DNA of 64,000 bases from Gemmatimonadota bacterium (GCA_039588295.1 JBDHAB010000010.1:1-64000), one strand, 5' to 3'; numbered from the stretch's first letter, positions 26,988-36,406 are shown. The notes: generated by a model from the letters alone, not told the origin. Translations and numbers: made by a program.

Positions 26988-27713
26988 CTACCAGTGTCCT
27001 CGCTCGCCGATCGCGTCGATCACTTGACCGAGGCGTACCGCAGCACTCATGAAGTTCGCTTCCACCGCAGCACGCGCCCGCTCGGGGTTTCCCTGCTCGA
27101 TGGCGTCGATGATGGCGTCGTGTTCGTGGACCGACGTCATGATCTCGTCGGTGAGGGCGCTCGTGTAGACACGGATGTATCGCTCGGCCTGTGGCTTGAT
27201 CGCATCGTAGAGCGCGATCACCCGCGGGCGCCCCGACGCCTCCACGTAGCGGCGATGGAACGCCTGGTCCAGATCGAAGTATCGATTCCCGTCCGGACGA
27301 TCTCCCTCGGCGGCACGCCGCAGATCCATGTTCAGTGAGCGCAGCTCTGTCACGAGCCGCCCACGGGCCGGGTCCGGAAGCTCAGCAGCATACCGACCGG
27401 CCAACCCTTCCACCACCGCAACGACGTGCAGGAGTTCGGTGGCATCGTCCCGCGTCAGCGGCACGACCGTCAGCCGCGCGCGGCGTGCGCCCTTTGTCTC
27501 GACAACGTAGCCCTCCTGCCGCAGCCGATGGAGGGCCGAGCGCACCGGCGTGCGACTCACTCCGAGCCGGCCCGCGATCTCGCTCTCGATCAGCCGCGTG
27601 CCCGGTGCGAGACGCCCGGTGACGATCAGCTCACGGAGCTTGTGATACGCCTCGGCGGGCAGGGCAACCCGTGATCGGCGCCTGGCTCGTGCCGACCCAC
27701 CGCGCGCCATCAT
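26988..27713 (-). CDS. GntR family transcriptional regulator (FadR/FCD type)
   Basis: LAPGTRLIE, LGVSRTPVRSAL winged HTH; FCD with DQAFH and EHDAIIDAI; 4-nt overlap with the upstream gene. Confidence 0.93.
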   Translation of the reverse strand: MMARGGSARARRRSRVALPAEAYHKLRELIVTGRLAPGTRLIESEIAGRLGVSRTPVRSALHRLRQEGYVVETKGARRARLTVVPLTRDDATELLHVVAVVEGLAGRYAAELPDPARGRLVTELRSLNMDLRRAAEGDRPDGNRYFDLDQAFHRRYVEASGRPRVIALYDAIKPQAERYIRVYTSALTDEIMTSVHEHDAIIDAIEQGNPERARAAVEANFMSAAVRLGQVIDAIGERGHW

Positions 27714-28840
27714 CCGGCCTCACCCCCAGTCACTGCGCCCGCTCGGCGCGCGCTCTTCCTGACCATCCACACACCCAGCGTGAGGATTGGAACGCCATAC
27801 AGCGCCACGAAGAACCAGCTCATCGTGCCGTATCCGCGGGCAATGAGATCGATGATGCCGAACTGGGCGAGCACGGCACCGATGATCAACAGCCCAACGG
27901 CCACCGCCGGGCGGAGGAACATGGGCATGTCGATCTTCTTCTCAGCGAACACGCCTGCGATGCGCTCGTTCACGCCGTGGATCAGTCCGGTTCCTGTCTC
28001 GATCAGGGTCCCAAACAGCACCACTTGAAACGCGATCTGAAAGGCGCGGGACCCCAGGACCTCCAGCATGAAGTTGGCCGGGACCGGTCGGTCGACGACC
28101 TCCGGATACTGGCTGATGATCGAGACGTAGAACAGGAAACCCGGGAGGATCGCGATGGGACCTGCAATCAGTCCCCCCACGGTCGCTTCACGCCTGGTAT
28201 CCGCGTGTCGGATGACGAACAGGATGGGTGGGATGACCGCGAGGTTGTACGCGGCGTACCGGATCCCTCCCCAGATCCAGCCGGTTCCGAAACCATCACC
28301 ACTCTTGCCAAGGTTCGCGGTGATGTCAGCCCCGAAACGCGCGAAGCACCATACGAAGAAGACGATGTAGACCACGTAGAGCACGAACGACCAGCGCGCC
28401 AGGAACCACTCGATCACCGACGTGCCTCGAAACGTGAGGAACCCCACCGCCACCATGATGCCAATCACGCCCACCGCGTACGGGAAGTCGAACATCTCCT
28501 GGAGGATCGTGCCGGCCGCCGCCGCGATGACCGCGAGGATGATGAAGAGCATGGCCAGGTAGATGATCTCGTACAGGAACCAGGCTCTTCCGAGAAGGTT
28601 CTTGAACACGCTGCGGTAGTCGTAGCTGTCGAACGTCTTTGCGAACGCGAACGTCGCGGCGCACACGGCACTCCAAATGACCATGGAAATGAGCATCATG
28701 GCGAGGAGTCCGGGCAACGGCCCCTGCGTCAAGAAGAACTCCACCAGCTCCCGGCCGGTGCCGTATCCACCAGCGATCACCACCGACTGAAACACGAACC
28801 CGGGCAGGAGATACTTCTGGAAGAACTTGGACTTGAGCAA
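27710..28840 (-). CDS. YkvI-family multi-pass membrane protein (putative amino acid/peptide transporter)
   Basis: LLPGFVFQSVVIAGGYGTGRELVEFF, YAAYNL, GTLIETG, about 10 hydrophobic segments. Probable TTG start 28840 after AAGGAG. Confidence 0.8.
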   Translation of the reverse strand: MLKSKFFQKYLLPGFVFQSVVIAGGYGTGRELVEFFLTQGPLPGLLAMMLISMVIWSAVCAATFAFAKTFDSYDYRSVFKNLLGRAWFLYEIIYLAMLFIILAVIAAAAGTILQEMFDFPYAVGVIGIMVAVGFLTFRGTSVIEWFLARWSFVLYVVYIVFFVWCFARFGADITANLGKSGDGFGTGWIWGGIRYAAYNLAVIPPILFVIRHADTRREATVGGLIAGPIAILPGFLFYVSIISQYPEVVDRPVPANFMLEVLGSRAFQIAFQVVLFGTLIETGTGLIHGVNERIAGVFAEKKIDMPMFLRPAVAVGLLIIGAVLAQFGIIDLIARGYGTMSWFFVALYGVPILTLGVWMVRKSARRAGAVTGGEAG

Positions 28841-28891
28841 GCCGACTCCTTTGAAGGACCGCCGAGCGGCCCGGTGGTCACCCCACAAAGA

Positions 28892-28927
28892 ACCGCAGCT
28901 TCCGGGCCCGATCCCGGAAGCTGCGGT
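28892..28927 (-). terminator. Stem-loop downstream of susD (intrinsic terminator or mRNA stabiliser)
   Basis: Perfect 15-bp stem ACCGCAGCTTCCGGG/CCCGGAAGCTGCGGT, 6-nt loop, followed on the minus strand by TCTTTGT. Confidence 0.7.
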
Positions 28928-28963
28928 GACTAGCGAACCCGATTCCCGATGCTCGGGACACTA

Positions 28964-30241
28964 CTAGATGTTCGGGTTGTTGTCCTTCTCCACCAACGGG
29001 AGCGGCAGACAAACCGTCGTACCGTACGTGCCACCCTTGGAACCCGTCTCCTGATACGTAGCGCCGGGCGGAGGCAGGAGCGGCTTGTTGAACCGGATCA
29101 TATCCCCCAGGTGGTGCGACTCGAGGAACAACTCCCGCTCGCGCTCCTGTATGATGTGATCCAGAATCGGCCCGTCGGTCGCCGGGTCGTACCCGGGGAG
29201 CCCCGCGGCCGCGTGCAGCGCGTTGATGATGTCCACCGCCGTCTGCCCGCCCTGGATCTCCGCAATGATGAGCTGGGCCTCCTCGTACCGCGCGATGGGA
29301 ATCGGTGCTTCCCGGTCGGGGTACTTCTGCTGCGTCCAGAACGGAGTGAGGTCGTCCCCGGCAGTCAGTCGGCCCTCGTCGTTCACCGGTACTCGAGGGT
29401 CGGGCACCCCCTTCCACGTGAGATCGTGGAAGTCGTCCTCTACGCTCGAGAACTCAAAGCGGTTGTTGTGGTTGTACACCTTGTTGGACGAGCGATTCGT
29501 CGCCGCCGAGTAGGTCGCGTACGTGACGAACCCTGCCGGGATTTGCTGCGCATCTGCCAGGGCTCCTGTCGTGTTTCCCTGGTTCAGGCGGGCACGGGCA
29601 CGTCCGACCAACGCCATATTCTGGATGTCGGCTGTGGGGGAGCCGTTCAACGCATTGGTGAACTGCTCCTCCGCTGAAGCCCAGGCCTGGTCTCGCGTCA
29701 GCTCGGGGCCGGATTCCAACGCAACGCTGCACATTGCCTCGCCCAACAGCAGCTGGCTGTAGCCGGCATACGCATAGGCCTGGGCAAGAAGCTGCGCCCC
29801 GTTGGACACGTCCGCGATATTCTCCGATATCAGCCGGGCCGCGATGCTCGCCTGTGCATTGGCAGTGGAGAGACTCTGGAAGAGGGAAACCCACTGGTTG
29901 CTGCTGCACGTTGTGGTGGCGTAGGGCCCGCCGCTCTCATCGAAGTCGCGACGGTCATATGGCCACTGCGCAGCGCCGAGTTGGCCGTCCCACATCTCGT
30001 TGCCAATCAAGGCTCCGGCCTGGATGTAATTGGAGAATGCGCACTGGAAATCTGCGATCGCACTGGTGACCAGGAGTGGCGCCTGGGCGGGGTCCTCCAG
30101 GAAATCGGCCGTCACGGCCGAACCGCTCTCGATCTCGAGCAGCTCGCCACACGCCACAACGCCCCCTCCGAGCAGCAGCAGCACGGCCGACCACATCATC
30201 AGTCCCCGCAAGAGCCTGCGGGGTGAGCCTGTTGCTCTCAT
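28964..30241 (-). CDS. susD: RagB/SusD family outer-membrane lipoprotein
   Basis: Lipobox VVAC; DPRVP, YEEAQLIIAE, ERERELFLESHHLGDMIR, PLPLVEKDNNPNI; directly follows susC. Start ATG 30241 after GGAGG. Confidence 0.9.
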   Translation of the reverse strand: MRATGSPRRLLRGLMMWSAVLLLLGGGVVACGELLEIESGSAVTADFLEDPAQAPLLVTSAIADFQCAFSNYIQAGALIGNEMWDGQLGAAQWPYDRRDFDESGGPYATTTCSSNQWVSLFQSLSTANAQASIAARLISENIADVSNGAQLLAQAYAYAGYSQLLLGEAMCSVALESGPELTRDQAWASAEEQFTNALNGSPTADIQNMALVGRARARLNQGNTTGALADAQQIPAGFVTYATYSAATNRSSNKVYNHNNRFEFSSVEDDFHDLTWKGVPDPRVPVNDEGRLTAGDDLTPFWTQQKYPDREAPIPIARYEEAQLIIAEIQGGQTAVDIINALHAAAGLPGYDPATDGPILDHIIQERERELFLESHHLGDMIRFNKPLLPPPGATYQETGSKGGTYGTTVCLPLPLVEKDNNPNI

Positions 30242-30303
30242 CGTTCGTCCTCCCAAAGAGGAAGGTAATGGTCTCGTCATTGGTGCAGGTCCGCGCATGG
30301 CCA

Positions 30304-33300
30304 TTAGAAGGTCACGCTGATCGACGTCATGAACGTCGCGAGTTGCGGCGTGTTGTCCTGCTCCAGGTTCGTGAACCCGAACTCGACGAATCCGGCCTCC
30401 GGATCGAGGCCCGTGTAGTTCGTGAACGTGTGAAGGTTCCGGCCCGTGACCGTAAGCGCCAACCGTTTGGCGCCGATGCGAGAAGCGATCCCCGGGGGCA
30501 TGCTCCAGCTCAGCGAGAGCTCACGAATCTTGGCAAAGCCTGCACCGACGAAGACGAACGAACGGAGCGGGCTTCCCGACTGCATGTCCGCGATGTCCCC
30601 AGAATCGAATTCCTCGGGGAAGTAGTTCTCCCTGCACTGATCGAAGATCTGGCAACGGATCCGCAGGTTGTTGTCGAGCTTCGTGTGGCCCCCCTGCCAG
30701 TCGACCATGGCGTAGAGCCGCAGGTTCTTGAACAGCGTCACCGTCGTGGAGAATGACCCCTCGAACGTTGGCACGGGGTTGCCCAAGTAGAGCCGCGGCG
30801 CACCGTCACAGGGCACCAGTGGCCCACCTAGCTCAGTCGGCGTGCCGTCGGGCAGCAGAATGCCGTTGGGGTCGCCGCCATCACACATGGGGTTCTCCGC
30901 GACCGCCGTATAGCCGGTGCCGACTAGCGTCGCTTCCACCGCGTCGCGCCGGAACCAGGAGCCCACCGGGTGGCCGACATTGTGGCGGTTCGAGCCAGCC
31001 GGAATGAACCCAGCCCCCATGTCAATGCCACCCAGATCGAGGATCTTGTTCGAGTTTGTCGCCAGGTTGAGCGCAAAGTCCACGCTCAGGTTCTCGGACT
31101 GCATCGCGAGAGCAGTGAGTTGAAGCTCGAAGCCCTGGTTCCGAATCTTCCCGGCATTCACAAACTGCGATCCCGGAAACCCGAGCGACGGCGGGAGCTC
31201 TCGCAAGAGAATGGCGTCGGCAGTCCTGGAATGGTAGAAGGTGAAGTCGAGCCCCACGCGGCTGTTCCACAGACCGGCCTCGAAGCCCACCTCGAACTCG
31301 GTCCCCTTTTCCGGACCCAGGCTGTCGTTGCCGATCACGGACGGAGTGAGCGCGGCGACCCCGCCACCACCCGTAATGGGCGAGTAGGTCCGGGTCGCAG
31401 CAAAGGCGGAAGGTTGCTGCCCGGCCTGGCCGAACGCCGCCCGAAGCTTCAACGCATTGATGAGGCCGACGTTCCAGAAGGACTCTTCGCTGATCACCCA
31501 GGTCGCACTCGCCTTTGGATAGAGGACGAAATCGTAGTCGCGGCCGAACGCGCTGTTGTCGTCGCCGCGGACTGCGGCGGTCAAGAAGATCCGATCACCG
31601 AAGGAGAGCTGCTCCTGGATGAACAGCCCGACGGTGTTGTTCTCGATGAAGAACTCGCCACCGAACGTCTCGGATAGTGCGTCGACCACCGTGAGGCCTG
31701 GTGCGGGGAACGTATTCCCCTGTGATACCGTCAGGTCGACGAATGACCGATAATACTGCGCACCAAACGTCGTCGACGACCGTATTGACTGGCTCACCGG
31801 CGCAGTGGCCGTGAGGCTGTAGTCAACGGTCGTTGTTTCCACCTTTCGGTTCTGGCGGAACTTGAAGCCCTGGCGGAAGTTCGCACTGAAGAATGGCGCG
31901 AACGTATCGTCCAACTGCTCCGCCAGCTCGACGTTGGCCTCGCTGACCCGATCCTGACCGACGGTAAGCCGCTGCGCCAACCAGTTCCACGGGCGGTGGT
32001 TGAACTGCAGGCTATACTGCGACCGCACGTTGTCCTGCCACCAATCGATCGCATTGTGGATGATCTCCGGCGGCGTGCTCCGGAAGCCGCGGAAGTCAGG
32101 GTCGTCGCGCAGATTCGCGTTGGCGAATAGCGTGGCCCACCAGATCCCGCCGCACCCGGCCTCACAGGCGAGGTTAGTGCGTCCTTGGCTGTACCCGACG
32201 TTGGCAGTGAGGTCCCAACTTGGATCGGGGGCGATCGTCACGTTGGCGCGGGTGCTCAGCCGCCACAGCCTGTTGCTCACCTCGACGCCCTTATCATTGT
32301 CGTAATCGGCGCTGACGAAGTAGCGGACCTGATCGGTCCCGCCACGGAGGCTGGCACCGTACCCCTGGAGGCGCCCAGTTGAGAAGATCGGCGGGTTGCC
32401 CCGCTCCTTTTCGAGGGCCTGGATGTTCATCTCGTACGGCTCGCCCGTGACCGGGTCGAACCCCCAGGTTCCAGGAATCCGGCCCTCCGGGTTCGAGAAC
32501 CAAGTGGCACCCTGACGGGTGGTCAGATTGAAACTTGGCGCACCCGTCCGGCCCCGCTTCGTGATGATCTGAATCACGCCGTTGGACGCTTCCGTGCCGT
32601 ACAGCGTCGCGGCCGCCGGCCCCTTGATGATCTCGATGCTCTCGATGTCCTCAGGGTTGATGTCGTTCAGGCGGTTAACGATGCCCGAGCCGAAGGCCTG
32701 CACACTGATGCCCGCTCCGACCGCGTTGTCGAGCCGTACACCATCCAGATAGATGATGGGCTGCGTGCCGAGCGAGAAACTCGACGCCCCGCGCACGCGG
32801 ATGGTGGGTCCGGCACCGACCTGTCCAGTGCCCGGCGTCACGACAACCCCCGGAGCGCGGGCGTTGATCAAATTGCTGACATCTGGTACTGGCGCGACTT
32901 CCATCAAAGCCTCGACGCCAATCGAACTCACGCTGTTACCGACCGAGCGAGCCTCCTGCACGCCGGCCGCGGTACCGGTGATCACGAACGCGTCCAGGCT
33001 AATGGCCGCGGGGTTCATTTGAATCCGCAGCCCACCGGTGCCAATCTGAACCGTCTCCGTGACCGGGCCGAAGCCGATCAGCATGACTCGGAGCGTGATC
33101 GTGCCGGTTGCCGGTAGCCCGCCGATACGGAAGTTCCCCGCGGCGTCGGTCAGCGTCACGAAGTTGGTCCCGGGCACGACCACGCGGGCATTGGCAATCG
33201 GACTGCCTTGCTCATCCACGACGGTCCCAGAGACCGAACCCGTCTGCTGGGCCATCGCAGATGTCCCGACCAACAAGGAGAGTAGCGCGAAGAGGCTACC

Positions 33301-33345
33301 CAGACTTGCCAGGCTCAGTCGGGCACGCACACGACTTCGCTGCAT
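30304..33345 (-). CDS. susC: SusC/RagA family TonB-dependent outer-membrane transporter
   Basis: Signal peptide, CarboxypepD_reg domain, plug (IRVRG, PIIYLDG, INPEDIESIEIIKGPAAATLYG...NGVIQIITKRG), barrel with GRNLHTFTNYTGLDPE, terminal Phe. Start ATG 33345 after GGAGG. Confidence 0.95.
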   Translation of the reverse strand: MQRSRVRARLSLASLGSLFALLSLLVGTSAMAQQTGSVSGTVVDEQGSPIANARVVVPGTNFVTLTDAAGNFRIGGLPATGTITLRVMLIGFGPVTETVQIGTGGLRIQMNPAAISLDAFVITGTAAGVQEARSVGNSVSSIGVEALMEVAPVPDVSNLINARAPGVVVTPGTGQVGAGPTIRVRGASSFSLGTQPIIYLDGVRLDNAVGAGISVQAFGSGIVNRLNDINPEDIESIEIIKGPAAATLYGTEASNGVIQIITKRGRTGAPSFNLTTRQGATWFSNPEGRIPGTWGFDPVTGEPYEMNIQALEKERGNPPIFSTGRLQGYGASLRGGTDQVRYFVSADYDNDKGVEVSNRLWRLSTRANVTIAPDPSWDLTANVGYSQGRTNLACEAGCGGIWWATLFANANLRDDPDFRGFRSTPPEIIHNAIDWWQDNVRSQYSLQFNHRPWNWLAQRLTVGQDRVSEANVELAEQLDDTFAPFFSANFRQGFKFRQNRKVETTTVDYSLTATAPVSQSIRSSTTFGAQYYRSFVDLTVSQGNTFPAPGLTVVDALSETFGGEFFIENNTVGLFIQEQLSFGDRIFLTAAVRGDDNSAFGRDYDFVLYPKASATWVISEESFWNVGLINALKLRAAFGQAGQQPSAFAATRTYSPITGGGGVAALTPSVIGNDSLGPEKGTEFEVGFEAGLWNSRVGLDFTFYHSRTADAILLRELPPSLGFPGSQFVNAGKIRNQGFELQLTALAMQSENLSVDFALNLATNSNKILDLGGIDMGAGFIPAGSNRHNVGHPVGSWFRRDAVEATLVGTGYTAVAENPMCDGGDPNGILLPDGTPTELGGPLVPCDGAPRLYLGNPVPTFEGSFSTTVTLFKNLRLYAMVDWQGGHTKLDNNLRIRCQIFDQCRENYFPEEFDSGDIADMQSGSPLRSFVFVGAGFAKIRELSLSWSMPPGIASRIGAKRLALTVTGRNLHTFTNYTGLDPEAGFVEFGFTNLEQDNTPQLATFMTSISVTF

Positions 33346-33448
33346 CGCACGCCTCCATGGAAAGAGGGTCCTCAAAAACGCCCCGGCCGAGGGTGCGGGT
33401 GACCTAACACCCACCAGCCGCTCCCGGCAAGGGGCTGCAGGTTTCGTA

Positions 33449-33476
33449 TGCAACTTTGGATGCATCTGATGTTGCA
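33449..33476. promoter_or_regulatory. Imperfect 28-bp palindrome upstream of susC (candidate operator)
   Basis: TGCAAC-tttg-GATGCATC-tgat-GTTGCA; outer and inner dyads share one centre. Confidence 0.5.
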
Positions 33477-33478
33477 CC

Positions 33479-33508
33479 AAAAAAACCCGGGCTGCCCACT
33501 CGCCGGGT
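33479..33508 (-). terminator. Intrinsic terminator-like element upstream of susC
   Basis: Minus strand ACCCGG-12 nt-CCGGGT running into a T7 tract. Confidence 0.55.
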
Positions 33509-33584
33509 GGCTCTGCTACGTATGTCGTTCCATTCCAACACCTTGCGTAATTCACGAATGCTCGGCCGCAGCCGACTACTGCCC

Positions 33585-33613
33585 ATAATACGCGCCGGTC
33601 ACTACCGCCGCAA
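33585..33613 (-). promoter_or_regulatory. Candidate sigma70 promoter
   Basis: Minus strand TTGCGG-N17-TATTAT. Confidence 0.5.
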
Positions 33614-33630
33614 GAAGCCAGAGACGGGAC

Positions 33631-34383
33631 CTAATCCCTGCCCTTCGTGGTGATCAGGATGACCCCGTTGACGGAACCCAGGCCGTAGGCCGTCGCCTCT
33701 GCCCCCCGCAGAACTTCGATCCGCTCGATCTCGGCAGGGTTCACGAGATCGAAGATGCTGGGGCCCACGAGACCGAGCCAGGGCGACCCCGTCGCATACT
33801 CCACTCGGATACCGTCGATGTAGACCAACGGGTGCCCCGGCACGCTCACACTCCGTGCGCCGCGAAGCCGGATACGGATGCCCGAGCCCACCTGGCCGCT
33901 GCCACGCCGCACTTCGAGTCCGGGGGTCGCCGCGTCGAGAGCGTCGCCGAGGGATGCCACCGGCACCGTTTCCGGCAACGAAATTTCCTTCGCCTTGCGC
34001 CGCGGGCCCACAGGCTGCCGGCCAGCGACGACCAGGCTGTCGAGCAGCACGGTCAGAACGGGAAGGCGGAAGTGAGCCACCGTCATTCGGCCGGGGTACA
34101 CCGCGACTTCGTCCACCAGCGTCGCATATCCCAGCCGCTCAACGCGAAGACGGTATGTCCCCGCCGCCAAGTTGATCAGGCGGTATCGCCCGTTCCCGTC
34201 GGTGGACGCATTGATTGCCGTTCCTTCGACCGACACGGTCACGCCGACCAGGGGTGCATCCGAGGCTGCTTCGCGAACGGAGCCGTGCACCACCCCAGGC
34301 TCCTGCGCCACGATGTCGCTCACGCCCAGGCAGAGCAGGACGACCGCTGAGAGACCGAGCGGACTCCTCAACGTCGTGTCCAT
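33631..34383 (-). CDS. Exported CarboxypepD_reg + TonB plug domain protein without beta-barrel
   Basis: Signal peptide; TDGNGRYRL; GQVGSG.RIRLRG, PLVYIDG, NPAEIERIEVLRG, NGVILITTKG then stop. Confidence 0.8.
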   Translation of the reverse strand: MDTTLRSPLGLSAVVLLCLGVSDIVAQEPGVVHGSVREAASDAPLVGVTVSVEGTAINASTDGNGRYRLINLAAGTYRLRVERLGYATLVDEVAVYPGRMTVAHFRLPVLTVLLDSLVVAGRQPVGPRRKAKEISLPETVPVASLGDALDAATPGLEVRRGSGQVGSGIRIRLRGARSVSVPGHPLVYIDGIRVEYATGSPWLGLVGPSIFDLVNPAEIERIEVLRGAEATAYGLGSVNGVILITTKGRD

Positions 34384-35132
34384 AGGACGATCACTCCGCA
34401 CATGCCCTGTCCCGCGGTCAGCTCCAGAGGAACCTCAGACAACCGCCGGTAGATCTCGACGCCCTCGAGTTGCTCCGGTCGGATGGACAAGGCGACACCC
34501 TCATTCGATCGGACGCCATCAACGTAATAGAGCGGGGAGCACTTGCCGGGTAGGCGGAGGGTCCACTGCAGATTCCCAAGGTACTCGACATCCAACGACG
34601 GGATGCCACGCATGAGATCGACGAATGCGTCCGCGCGTCGAGCTTCGATCTCCTCCCGGTCGATAAACAGCCCGGCACCTTCCGCCCGTCTCCGGTAGAA
34701 ATCCCGCATCACGCCCGCGATCAGCCGGGTACGCTCAGCTTCGACAACGATTTCCGGCATTTGGACCGGGATGGGTTCGAGCACGATTGGGACATCGAGA
34801 ATGTTGGTTTCCACCGAATCGAACCGCACCCTGAACATCGCTGTCCGGTAACCAAGCCGCCAAATCCTGATCGTGTGCTCGCCTCCAGGGAGGCCGTCGA
34901 TCCGGAATGACCCGTGGTCGTCGGTGGTTGCAAAGCGGTCGGTCCCGAGGGCGGCGGCGAAGGCCGCGACGACTGGCTCTCGGGTTCTCGCGTCGAGCAC
35001 GCTTGCCACGAATGTGAAACTCCCTTGGGCGCTCTGCGCGGCCACCTCGGAACGGAGCCCGCTCAGGAGCACACTGACCGCGATGGTCAGCCGCAAGCCA
35101 GATCGGAATGGGGTAGTCATCAGATTGGACAT
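34368..35132 (-). CDS. Exported CarboxypepD_reg + plug-like domain protein without beta-barrel
   Basis: Signal peptide; TTDDHGSFRI; FYRRR..GAGLFIDREEI, CSPLYYVDG, LEGVEIY, CGVIVLWTRR then stop. Confidence 0.78.
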   Translation of the reverse strand: MSNLMTTPFRSGLRLTIAVSVLLSGLRSEVAAQSAQGSFTFVASVLDARTREPVVAAFAAALGTDRFATTDDHGSFRIDGLPGGEHTIRIWRLGYRTAMFRVRFDSVETNILDVPIVLEPIPVQMPEIVVEAERTRLIAGVMRDFYRRRAEGAGLFIDREEIEARRADAFVDLMRGIPSLDVEYLGNLQWTLRLPGKCSPLYYVDGVRSNEGVALSIRPEQLEGVEIYRRLSEVPLELTAGQGMCGVIVLWTRR

Positions 35133-35147
35133 GTCCGAGAAATACGA

Positions 35148-35161
35148 TTATGTATACAAAA
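35148..35161. promoter_or_regulatory. TGTATACA palindrome in divergent intergenic region (candidate GntR-family operator)
   Basis: AT-rich TTATGTATACAAAA between divergent starts at 35132(-) and 35338(+). Confidence 0.45.
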
Positions 35162-35337
35162 CGGTTACCGTGCTCCGCAGCCGCTCCGGAGCTACCTGTT
35201 CGTTCATACCGGGGCGCGCTGCCTCGGTTCCCCACAATGTACAGGTCCCGCCGGATGGGGTCGATGATGCGGAGGGCGAAGGTAGGCGGGACGACGGTGG
35301 TCAGGGCTTGGCTCGCAGCTCGCGAAAAGGGGGCTTC

Positions 35338-36351
35338 ATGCGCGTACTCACTCCCTTCGTGCTGAGTGCAACACTGGCAGCGCTCAGCCTCCCCACCACG
35401 GCGCAGGCGCAGGGCGACCCCGGGCTCCCGAATCTAGAACAGGAGATCGCCCGACTCGCCGAGCTTGCCCAGGGCAGCGTCGGCGTGGGAGCGATCCACC
35501 TCGAGACCGGACGGGCGGCGTTCTTGAACCGTGGGGAGCGATTCCCCCTGGCGAGCACGTACAAGGTACCGATCGCAGTCCAACTCTTGACACTCGTCGA
35601 CGAGGGAAAGCTCTCGCTCGACAGCATGCTCGAGCTGAGACCGGGCGACCTGCACCCGGGGAGCGGCACGTTGACACGGCTGCTCGACGATCCCGGCGTG
35701 ATCCTCTCGGTGCGAAACCTCCTCGAGCTGATGCTGCTCATCAGCGACAATTCGGCCACCGATCTGTGCCTGCGAACCGCCGGCGGCGGTCAAGCGGTGA
35801 CCCAACGGATGCGGGCACTGGGGATCGACGGGATCAGCGTTGACCGGCCGACCGTCAATCTGATCGCCGACTACCTCGGCATCGCGGATATGCCGCCGCC
35901 GTCGGAGTGGACCACGTCCACCTTCGAAAGCCTATATGAGGCGACGACGGAGGCCCAGCGAGATTCGGCTGAGGCGGTGTTCGACGCCGATCCGCGCGAT
36001 ACCGCAACACCCGAGGGCATGGCTCAACTGCTCGCGCGCCTCTGGCATGGCGAGATCCTCAGCGACTCCAGCACCGCACTGCTCCTCGACATCATGCGTC
36101 GCAGCACGACCGGCGCAAATCGGCTCAAGGGCTACCTCGCCCCGGGAACGGAGGTCGCCCACAAGACCGGAACGATCGGTGGCACGACCAACGACGTCGG
36201 CATCATTACGCTGCCCGACGACGCGGGCCACGTCGTCACCGTCGTATTCGTCAAGGAGTCGGTGATCGAAGTGCCGGAGCGAGAGCACGTGATCGCCCAT
36301 ATCGCACGTGCGGTGCACGACTACTTCGTGTTCAACCCGGGTCTCGATTGA
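35338..36351 (+). CDS. Class A beta-lactamase-fold serine hydrolase with altered omega loop, exported
   Basis: Signal peptide; FPLASTYK, ISDNSA, DPRDTATP, HKTGT, NDVG; DRPTVNL in place of DRxExxLN. Start ATG 35338. Confidence 0.88.
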   Translation: MRVLTPFVLSATLAALSLPTTAQAQGDPGLPNLEQEIARLAELAQGSVGVGAIHLETGRAAFLNRGERFPLASTYKVPIAVQLLTLVDEGKLSLDSMLELRPGDLHPGSGTLTRLLDDPGVILSVRNLLELMLLISDNSATDLCLRTAGGGQAVTQRMRALGIDGISVDRPTVNLIADYLGIADMPPPSEWTTSTFESLYEATTEAQRDSAEAVFDADPRDTATPEGMAQLLARLWHGEILSDSSTALLLDIMRRSTTGANRLKGYLAPGTEVAHKTGTIGGTTNDVGIITLPDDAGHVVTVVFVKESVIEVPEREHVIAHIARAVHDYFVFNPGLD

Positions 36352-36406
36352 TTACCGGGCGGCGCGGGGGATCGTCGTGCAAGGCACCCTACGGGTGGAG
36401 GTCTGC

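Noticed and set aside
34873..35337. 155-aa N-terminal extension of the class A enzyme in the ORF track (similar extensions on susC, the K+ channel, M55 and the PLP enzyme)
   Set aside because: The extensions overlap neighbouring genes or regulatory DNA; downstream starts give proper signal peptides or family N-termini, usually with an SD.
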